Source: Antedon mediterranea
Lineage: Eukaryota; Animalia; Echinodermata
Direction: 5' to 3'
Length of the DNA: 64,000 nt
NCBI RefSeq assembly: GCF_964355755.1
Contig: NC_092670.1
Coordinates: 38,242,388 to 38,306,387, forward strand
The number at the start of each line of letters is the position of its first letter. The first letter of the stretch is position 1. Positions 28,668-39,450 of the stretch are shown in pieces. The notes under the pieces are model-generated. The model saw only the letters and a program-made list of their open reading frames with translations, was not told the origin of the DNA and did no database searches. A program made the translations under genes and the position numbers.

Positions 28668-30210
28668 CGCTGTGGCTAAAGATACGGTACCGTATTCTAA
28701 CTTCTGTTTACTAAAGGTACGGTAAAATTGCATTATGTCATAATCAGCCAATGGGGTGTTGGTACGTGTGTGACGTCATCGTATAAGGACTTTTGATTTT
28801 TCTTTCATATCGCGTCTGTTGTATCAAAGATAGTGCTACACTATCTTTGGTTGTTGTATGTAGAGAATTCCTCCTGTCGGCGGCGCCAGGCTGCATGGAT
28901 GTGTGTGCGCTGATGAGGGTTTTATTTTTATTCCAAATGGCATTTAGGCCTATATTTTTTATTAAACTTTGTTTACAATGGTGACCATAAACAACAAGCA
29001 AATGCGGACAATAAAGGGGCCCTCAAATACTATGATTTTTAGACAGTAGCCCCAGGTCTGAGTCACAGAAATCAGCGCACACATGCAGCTGGCCCCAGCC
29101 TGGCATCGCTTTCCCTACACAAACAAACTCATATAATGAGGTCATAGTACGTAGTAGTAGGCCTAGGCCTCTTTTTTGAAACGGTTTTTTGTATTCTAGA
29201 ATTAAAATCAATAAAATCATCGATAAATGAAGCATAAAGAAAACGCCGTGGTTAGGATTCCGGCACCGGAACTCAACTGCCCACCGTTAGGGAATCCGAC
29301 ACGCTATTGCGCATGCTCAGAGCTCTGGGAAGTGAATATTATAGCTTGTGCCACACTGCACACCACACTACCACTGCTGAGGGTCGGAGTGTTAGGATTT
29401 ACTGTAGCCTAGTTAGTCGTTGCGCGAGCGAGAGAGTGATGGATTAAACTTGGCCTAGGCCATACATGAATTAATAATTAAAATACGAATACGCCAGGCG
29501 CCACGCGTTAAAATAATTATGATATTAATAAGAATCGGTATATCTATCTACCGTAAGAATCGTAATGCTGTATTTAGCGTTGCGACCCCGACTTCCCGAA
29601 CAGTTTTTTCACATATCCACGCGGTGGCTGCCGTCAATAAATTAACTTGTGATTGCATGTTATGTACAGTTATAATGCGTTATATGAAATCTTTTATTTT
29701 GTACTTGAAAAATCATAAAACTAGTCAACTCATGTAATTATATAATTCATAATTAGGCCCTATATGAAGTTTATATATGAATGAAGCAACCACTTTTTAA
29801 TTACAAAATAAATAGGCCCACTGGTCACGTCTAGCTGGTAGGCCTAGCCTAGTATTTACTATTAGTGGATCCCGTTATTATTAGTAGGCATCTACGCTAG
29901 TTCGCCGCGTGGCGGAGCTATGAAATGATCCATCGCTGTTGAGTCACCGATTACCGGCGCTCTGGGCATGCGCAATAGCGTGTCGGATTCCCTAACGGTT
30001 GGCAGTTGAGTTCCGGTGCCGGAATCCTAACCACGGCGTAAAGAAAATGCGGTTGATCACTTTTTTCGCGATATGAAAAAATCCAAAGTCCTTATACGAT
30101 GACGTCACACACGTACCAGCACCCCATTGGCTGGTTATGACGTAATGCAATTTTACCGTACCTTTAGTAAACAGAAGTTAGAATACGGTACCGTATCTTT
30201 AGCCACGGCG
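28668..30210. mobile_element. Mutator-like non-autonomous element (outer)
   Basis: TIRs of about 145 bp (cgc(t/c)gtggctaaagatacggtaccgtattc...), 9-bp TSD TAATCAAAA. Confidence 0.88.
29244..30038. mobile_element. Mutator-like non-autonomous element (inner, nested)
   Basis: TIRs of about 80 bp (cgccgtggttaggattccggcaccggaactc...), 9-bp TSD TAAAGAAAA. Confidence 0.88.
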
Positions 30211-30540
30211 TAATCAAAAACAAGTTCAAATTTCCTGAATTTATTTATTGATTTATTTCCATTTTTATTTCCTGCCTGCAACATTCATGCAACAGATATC
30301 TGTACATCAGGCTTGTTCTTCATACCACCAGGCAACAAACATACACTGATTATAAATAGAATTTGATGTTTCTACCCTTCCTAGCCTACTCCCGTCCGAG
30401 TCTCTCTATCTAGCCTCGGCCTAGCTACTAGGCTAGGCCTAGCTGACTGTGTGTGTGAAGCCCCTCCTTTCGATTAGAAAGTAAAGATAAATACAGTTTA
30501 TTGGAAAACTAGCACATGTCAAAAGACTGTAAAACTATAC

Positions 30541-30720
30541 CTGATGAATTCGGTTTCAAAAAGATTAAATAAATGTTTCAATTCTAGGGCTAGGCTATAC
30601 TTATTTCTACTTCTAGGCTACGCAGGCCCTTCTCTCTACTTCCGTGCACACTGCCACACCAGCACAACGATCGCCATCGGTCAATTTGTTGTTCCTCTTC
30701 ATAGCGTACAAATCACAGAA
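30541..30720 (-). promoter_or_regulatory. Probable non-coding first exon and promoter of HECW
   Basis: GC-enriched patch with YY1-like GATGGCG and ETS-like CGGAAGT on the minus strand, ending in donor CAG|gtatag at 30541/30540; TSS is approximate. Confidence 0.5.
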
Positions 30721-32229
30721 GGAACAGCCACGCCTCCCTCATGAATATGCAAAGCAGGGTTAAAAAGTTCTTCTAGTTCCCAAGGCGTATATTGTAGTAC
30801 CAGCCTCCATAATATATTTAATAAACATTAAACTAAAAATACAATTTCAAAATTTTATTTTAAAAAGAAAATAAAACAATTATAATGCTTATTAATATTA
30901 CAAAATTGTGCATTAAACTTCATGATTACATAAAATTATCCCAGTAAATAATTTATTGTCTTTTTAAATTTTGTCTGAAATAATACATTGTGATTTTGAG
31001 CTTAATATCATACGTATGAAATGCCATATGTACCAGAATATTTACCTTTTTATTAATATTAAGTTGAAACACAGTCTACTAACGTTCACCATGCACATGT
31101 TCGCAATTGTTACTTCTACCTTATACATATCACCACGTACAATAATATTAATTATTAATTGAGTGAGATTGAATGAAGTTCTAACTCCAAATTAAGCGAC
31201 AGAATTCAGCAGTCTCTTCATAATTTCCATATCCATAGCTAATTTTTTATTTATAAAGCTCAACATTCTAAATATGTGCTTTAAAAACACATTTTTAGTC
31301 GCGTGCAACACAACTCTACAGCTCACTATGTTGGTCAGTTGGTCGGTCGGTTGGTCGGTCGGTAAACACTAACTTGAGCCTTTATAACTCGATGCTTAAG
31401 CACATGCGACTGCAGCCATATGTATATGGCTTTGTTTTTATTAAAGATGTATTGTCCCTGTGAAAAATTAATTCTTAAACATTTTTCTGTTGAATATGCC
31501 ATTTTAATGTCACTACAAATAGTTACCCACTTTGACCAAAATTGGATGGAAAAAAAAGTATTTACCTACAAAATTGTAATTTAAAGCAAAATAGGTTTTT
31601 GGTTGAATTTAACCATTTATTTTGTAATTTTATCAGTGAAAACATTAATTTTTTCCAGTTTTTTTTTCTACAGAAATTATTAACTTTATTATAGCTACAA
31701 AATAATTTATTCAAAGTCTGATTTTATTAATATTAATCTTTATTTTTTGGGGGACAATTTTTAATGTGTATGGAAAATGTAATTATTTGTAATACCTTTA
31801 ATTACAGTGTAAGTAGTGATTCGTATAACTAACTTTAGAATATTGTAATGATAAAAAATTATAAAATAATAATATTGTTTGACATAGTGTTAAAAATACC
31901 ATTTTTCATAAATGGCTTTTTGAATAAAATTGAATCGCGCCACCAATAGAATTCAATAATAACGGGGGAGCGGGGGTAGGGGGTTGGGGGTTTGAGAGGA
32001 GGAACTACTACTGACATGTGAGACTAAATACCAAACGAATTAATACCTCTTTTTTAGTAATCATATGTAGCATAACTATTTATATTCTTTAATTCTTTAT
32101 AATTTGTATAGATTTGAAAACTATAAATACAAATTTAAATCATAATTATTTCTTATTTCGTAGTTGATTATGTGAAAACTCAACATAAATTTGATGATTG
32201 TCGTTAAATTCTTTGTACCTATATATAAT

Positions 32230-32422
32230 GTGTGCGCATGCGTGTTCACCTTGGAATCTGATTTTGTGGTGTGGTGGGATATTTCCTATTCTTCTTCAAC
32301 ACACCGTTGTTTTAGTGATTCGATTCATTCCCCTGAAATCGAAACAGCCGGTACACCAGAATACTCCTATTTTTGTTGGAAGTTTCCTAGGAATTGGTCA
32401 CTCAATGTGTAAGCCATCAGAA
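32230..32422 (+). promoter_or_regulatory. Probable promoter and first (leader) exon of PRL
   Basis: NRF1-like TGCGCATGCG at 32233-32242; strong donor GAA|gtaagt at 32422/32423; matching acceptor ttttcttcttggtgcag| at 38951/38952. Confidence 0.65.
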
Positions 32423-35400
32423 GTAAGTTATTGATAACACGTACTGCTTCAGTTTTTAATTTACCACAAGTAACAAGTATTTTAACTGTACTAAACAAAG
32501 CAATGCAAATTACCTCGCCTTGCTTGTGTCGTGCGTAGGCCTAACGTGGTATAGAGATATTTGTGGGAATAGAAGGCATGAAATGGCCTACTCACTATTG
32601 CTAGTTTAGGCTAGGAAAAACCAATGGACGTTACTATTTGTTACGTTTTATGTATGTTTACATATTAATTTCAATCTATAGTCTTAATGGATATGCTGTA
32701 ATGTAGTTTAGTATTGTTTCTTACAGTTTCTACTCAATAAACAATATTTATATTTTCGAATCTCTGATGAGGAAGTTAAGCAATTGTTCGCATTGACTTT
32801 TTACAGTGTGTGTGAAGCGGCCATTCATGCAGCAGCACCGGATGAATCCGGATTTTTCTGCTGTTTGATCTCAGTTGGGGCGCGTCTTAATAACTGTTGC
32901 TTTGGCTTGACTTTAGAGCTTTTGGCCTAGCTAGTAGTAATTGCATTTCATTTTACAATCCAGCCACTATAATTGTATGTAATAGAAAGAAAAAGGGGAA
33001 AATAAAGGATTTCAGTTTTATAAGTACAATGCAGGCCTAACTAGGGTTTTTCTTGGGGTTGCAATAAAATCAACTGTTCATTTACTGTATACAGTTGAGC
33101 ACTTTAGCCAAAGAACATATTTAAACACCCCACCCTCTTTTTACCAAAACGTTACTCCATTATTAGACCTGATATACTGTATGGCTTGTTAATAATAAAA
33201 TTTATTTATTCTTCATTACGTTCAACATGATGGGATGTAGGCCTACTGTAGTGTTTAATAAATTCTTACGCACCCCTGCGTCAATAATTATTTGAAATGA
33301 CGTATCCATGGCGCACCTATCCCGGGTGTCGTATAGTGGGTCATACAATCGCGACAAGTGCATAATCAATTTAAAACTCTACAGTTTACTTTTAGCTTAC
33401 TATAGTATGTTTAGTTACCATTTTCTGGTATTTTTAACATAAAATGTTTTACCAGCAAGCTGCTTTATAGTAAAGCTCTATCTACACTATAAAACTTTAT
33501 GTGACAAATGTGATGTGATGTGCCCATAATATATGGACATGATGATGTCATATCACTACCGTATTTTCATCTGTTCCATCTAATATTTTATTGTTTTATT
33601 AATGATCAATTACTCACAATTATGATGTGTAAGCCCGACACTGAATGCTTATTATTACAATATATTCTGGAAATATCAAAACGCTATCATAGTATTATAT
33701 AGTAGGAACAGTATGGCATTAAAGCATAAAACAGACAAACTATTTACTTAATACCTGCACACATCCGTATACAATCTTTGTTTTGTATTTTGTTTGTTTT
33801 TCCATATAATTATTGTTGTGTGATACAAATAAATTTGGTATTTATTTATTTTTTTGTATTCCTTTAAGAACTACTTTTTTTTAACCTTCATAGTCTATGA
33901 TAATTCAGGTATTTATAAAGGAAGTTAAAGAAAATAAATGTTGTAAAAAAAAATCCATAGTACAAACTGTTACTAGTGTAGACTCAAATGTTGTACAAAA
34001 GCTTGTTATTTCCTATTGTGTAAAATAATTTTCCAAAAAACACTTCCAAATAAAAACAACACATTGTATCGACACCTACTCAGTACTGTACAAGGTAAAT
34101 GACCTGTTGACAATACAAAAAAAAGCTACAGGGTAATTTAAAAAAAACACTTAACTTAATACAATGTACTTTGTACTAATTCTACAAACTATTACTGTAG
34201 TACAAACAAGATATAATACACCCAAGACAGACATGCACTGACATTCAAAAGTTAACTAGTTTGTTGAGAGGCAAGATTATTGTTTTTCCTGTCAATGTTC
34301 TCTAAAATGCATCATGAAAATGTTGTGCAATGTTTTAGATTAAGGTAAACATTTGGGTAATAATCAATAACTATTCTAGGAATTTGTTGATGATGTAATC
34401 TACATTTAGTACAGTAGAGTCATCTTACTATCCAATGAGTATGATTCATTGATCTGAGGTTGTTATGATCAGAGTTGATGATGCGTGATATTGATTTGTA
34501 ATGTTGTGTAATAATAAGACTTGTCCACCTGACCTCACATCATTAAAAATATTGAATGACCCTATAACCTCTTGATAGTAAATAACAAATATCAAGTATT
34601 GCACAATTATATGTAATGCTTTGAATTATAAAATGCAAAGTTCTTGTTGTGTCAAACTCATTTTTTTAGAAATTGTAGTACAGTAACAAAATAATGTCAT
34701 TGGTGTTAGCACTCATCTCAAATGAATTAAATGATTTAATGTTGAGGCTATCGACAGATTGGTTGATTTATACACTTTATGTAATCAAGTGAAAGGTACA
34801 GTATTTTGGAATTATTAATTTTAGATATTAATTTTTGAACAGATCAGGAACCAGTTAATAAACTTGGATCACCTTTATTATGAAATTTGAATAATTACAA
34901 AAAGGCCAAATTTATTAGAAAAACCATCAAATTATTATTATTTATGTAATTCATGCCAAGAAAAAGTTGATTAGTTTTGAGTTGATTATACTGTGGTACA
35001 AGTGCAATCAAACTTGGGAAAAGGGGCATGATAATATTATGAGTTAGGCTGGATTAGAAAATTCATTAAAGAATACTTGGGGTCATGATGTGAAAATAAT
35101 GAAATGTAGATTATAATACAGTTTTGAGTTCATGGCAATCAATTTGTTGGGTAAGGGACATAATTTGAGTATTACTGTACGAGGTGCTGGCAAGGGACAT
35201 AATTTGAGTATTACTGTACGAGGAGCTTGCTTGGTGTAATGAACTTTAAAATGATTAATAAATACTTAACTAGGTTGTTTATTCTGTGTGTTGCTGTCAG
35301 TTGTAAATATGTCATGCTACTTCTACCCACACCAACTGAAAAGTCATTGCGCAGTGTCGGTTACTGCCTGTGCCAACTCTGGAATGGTATTTGAAGTATG

Positions 35401-38400
35401 TAGTACCTATATGTTAGCTTCTCTACATAATGTATAATCGCAGACACTTAGCTGACAGTATGGTACTTAGGCACTACAAATTGTTGGTCAACACTATTGG
35501 TGGTGAGATTTGACAGTTTACAATTGTGTGCTGTACATTAGGAGTTTAACTGCAACTTTTGTAATATTTGATTATTTTTGTAGTAAGTATTACTTTTTAC
35601 AGTTAAGATACTTAATGAATTACAGTATGATGATGTACAGTATATTCAATATTACTGTATAATTACTGTATTATAAAGTACTGAAAAGCTAGTTTGTTTT
35701 GATGTTAGAAATATTACTCTGTTGTTTCACATACAATAACAAAATAAAAATACAAAACTCATTTGTCCCTGTTGGGAATTTACTACAGTAAACCCACTTC
35801 AAAACATTGTTCAATAAAATGTTCATGTTTATTAATTCCCTTAATCATTCAGTACCTGTTCCCATAGTCCCTTGATGAAGATATAAATATGTTGTTTTTT
35901 GTAGCAAATTTTGAGAATGAGGTGTCCTGTAGGTGGTTGTCCCGATGGGAGTTCATTAAAAGTGGAAGATGTGTTGTTACTGTTGAATGCTAGTTAGAGC
36001 CTACAGTATTACAATACACTGTATACAACATTGATAGTTACAGTACCGGACAGAATTATTGCAGATTTTGAACGCATTCAACGCATTGTTAAAGTGTTGA
36101 CAACGCGTTGAAACTGCGTTGTCCGTTGGCGTTGAAAGTGTTGAGTTCGTTGAACTGTTTATTCAACCAACACAATGTGTTGCGTTGAGTTTGCGTTGAA
36201 ATAACGAACAATCGGATTCGTATGGTATTTACAGATTGCCAGTGTGTATTAGTAGTAGTAGTAATAGTATAAAATACAGTATTACAAATATTTAAGAAAA
36301 CAAACATAATGTGTATTTTTCCGCGGAAACCTAGCTTAATATATTACACTAGGCTAGGCCTACTACTAACGAGTAGGCCCCGTGTGTATGAGCCGCGTCT
36401 GCCATCGCAGTTAAAAGTAGTGGTCATGTCCTTAATTACTGTGTGCCTATATTAACTGGAGTATTAAATACCAAAGTTAAGCCGGCGGTGAATCTTGGAG
36501 GCTAGGTCACATCGTAATTAATTATTTCCAAACTAAAAACTTCGCAGTACTGTACTACATTTTTCTCGATTATTTATAAAAACAACGTAGCCTACACCCG
36601 CCGCCATGGAAGGCAACAATACACGTACACCACCAACATAACGATCCAGCATGGTCGTCGTCTTTTTCACGCATGCTTTTCGTGACGTGAGGGACGAACT
36701 GATCGAAAGGTGAAGAGTTCATTCATTATGAAATAACGCGTAATTAAAAGGGAAAAAATCGTTTAGTTTTATTATTATCCATAAATATATCATTATCATG
36801 TATTATATTATAAATTAATTATTGTGATGCCTAACGTAACCCATGCAGAGAAAAGCGTTAAATATAATAACCAAGAAATAGGAATGACCAATTTGATGAC
36901 AATAGGCAATTTTAGGCGTTTTCTTTAAAATCAAAACCTGTGCCATACCATATTATTCACGCCAAGGTGTAACCCACAAATATTTGAATAACCAAACAAT
37001 TCAGAATAAAGAACCACTTTATTCTGATGCAAGACAATATATTATTACAGGCGAGGTTTAGGCGTTTTCTCTGTAACATACTATTGTTTTGTTTCTTAAT
37101 ATAATTATATTGGCCTCCTCCTGAAACTGTATGAATGGGGTGGGAGTTGCGAGAATATGCGAGCGAACAGCCAACATTTAAATCAGTTTACAGTGTGATG
37201 CTTTTCAAAACGCGCAACGTTTTCAACGCGTTCAACGCTATGGGATTCAATTGTTTAACGTCGTCAATGAACGGTCAACGGGTTCAACACATTCAACACG
37301 CTCTATTGTTAACGTATTCAAAACGCTTTTTGTACTTAAAAATGTAATGTTGTTCGATTTATAAAGATTTAAATTGGTTCATGGGTGTCGGACACGTCAA
37401 ATTTTTTAGTTCTTTCAAATTACATTACAACAAACAATGGGACAATTATAAAATAAAAACCAAAATAGAGAAACAATATTTTAACTTTATCTCTTGAATC
37501 TCGAACAGCTAAAAAATGTAGGCCTAAATAAAATTAATTACTTCGTCGTCATTAACGATCGTTAAATACGTCATAACACACGTGGTGTTTTTCTTGAGGA
37601 AACCAGGGTGGCGGCCTCGTGTGTTGATGTCAGTAATTTCCACGTTGTTTGATTTTACGACGTGAGATCGTGTTTTCCCCCGGAAGGCCTACAGTACAGT
37701 GTTAACTGTTAGACTTGGCATCGACCTTATTATTCGATGTTTTCCTTCACTAAACACTGGGAAATATCACTGTGTGTTTTACTTGGTAACTGTCCGTTCA
37801 ATACTTAAAAATATATCTAAGCTTCATATATATTTTTTATTTATATTAAAATATCTGGTAGTGACTGCCGATAGGTATTTTGCCTGTTGTTGTTTCTGAT
37901 CGTTCAGGCGTGCAATCGGCCAGTCTAGCGCTGCAGCAGCTAGCGTTGAAATAACTATATTGTTTACTTGACATGCTGATAATGACTTTCGTTGAATAAA
38001 CAACTAAACGTTGAAAGCCGTTCAACGCAACGCAAACACAACGCAACGACAACGTGTTGAATGCGTTGGGATTTTTGCAATAATTCTGTCCTGTACTGTA
38101 GTCTGCGCTATCTTATTTTCACTATCCATAATATTCAAAATATCTGAATAAATATTGTAACTTATAGAATGTCTACTGAAGTATTGTGGTACAATAAAGC
38201 GGTGTCCAATTTTTGTTTGCAATTCACATTTTATATTCTAGAAGTTCTATAGTAGAATATAACATAAAAAAAAAATGGATTATACAGTATTTTTCTTTTG
38301 CGAATTGACTTTGAATTTCTCATACTGTACAGTAAAATAATATGGTGACAACAACTACGCTAAATAAATTGATAAAAGATAAATTTTATAGGATACACTG

Positions 38401-39029
38401 TACCAGTAAATATTTGAAGGCACTTGACTGTCCAATATTAACAACTTTCAGTACACAATTATTTTCAGAAGTTAAAAGATACTGTATATAGTCAGTACTG
38501 TATCTGGAACCAGGAAATTTTAATTCGGTTTGTATATGGGAAAGTTCCCTAAATAACAGTTTTTGTTTGATTTATTTGAAGGCATTTGAGTGTCGAATGT
38601 TATAAGCCTACAGTAAAAAAATTATTTTCAAATGTGAAAATAATATCTGTAATGAGGAAACCAAAACAACATGTTCAAGTGGATTGTTTATCTTAAAATA
38701 AATATTCATGTGCAAAAATAAATTACTATGAAGTTAACTGTATTCTTCTCCTTGATCATACTGTACCAGGAAACTGCGTTGGGTAATAAAATGGATGTCC
38801 AACATATAATTCGATTGTGATTGAATGAATACACAATGAATTTTAAATTGACATTGTTTATTTTAGTCACTGCAGTACTTTTGTGAAAATTTAAATCATC
38901 TATAATACTGTTAAGTTTAACAATTCTGTTTTCTTTTTCTTCTTGGTGCAGTACTGGCAAAGCTGTGGTCACTGCTTTATGGCGATCGTTGTAGAGGCTG
39001 GAGAGTATTGCCAAAGCCAACACGAGTGA
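32405..39029 (+). CDS. Spliced upstream ORF in PRL 5' leader, 31 aa MCKPSEYWQSCGHCFMAIVVEAGEYCQSQHE (32405-32422 + 38952-39029)
   Basis: In-frame join across a GT-AG intron; internal ATG at 38979 gives MAIVVEAGEYCQSQHE, similar to the vertebrate PTP4A uORF peptide as recalled (MAILSVRADFCQAQH...). Confidence 0.7.
36041..38098. mobile_element. Tc1/mariner-like non-autonomous element in the PRL leader intron
   Basis: TA|cagtaccggacagaattattgca ... tgcaataattctgtcctgtactg|TA; subterminal and internal GTTGAA/TTCAAC repeats. Confidence 0.8.
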
Positions 39030-39345
39030 CTAGCTAATCAACGACACGAACCTCCAGGTTGAGCTGCCGTGTCCACGACAAGCTCAGCGTTCTAACCCAA
39101 ATCCATTCGACATTGCTGCAAAGACGAATATTTTATTCCAAACTGGGACCGGTGCAAAAAGAGAGATATCTCGGATGGGTTAAGCAAAGTTTTCACGAAC
39201 AATCCACACGTCATTTTGTGTGCACATTAGTGCGTGACCTACCTCAACTTGATTTTCAAGGCATTTAGCTGCCTTCTTTGTCGTCTGGATAAGTTTCTCC
39301 TTCATTACGTTTAAGGACCCATCCATGCGTTATCACGACAGTACA

Positions 39346-39450
39346 ATGGCCCGAAGTAATAAACCGCCGCCTGCTGAAATTGAGTATAAGAATATGAAAT
39401 TCTTGATCGTCAACAATCCTGACAAGAACACCGTAGAAAGCTTTATACAG
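39346..39450 (+). CDS. PTP4A1: PRL coding exon 1
   Basis: 105 nt, ATG...CAG|gtatag. Confidence 0.95.

Noticed and set aside
4782-38098. Autonomous transposase or reverse transcriptase genes in the TIR elements
   Set aside because: No long ORFs or DDE/RT/Rep-helicase motifs seen; the short ORFs there look like noise
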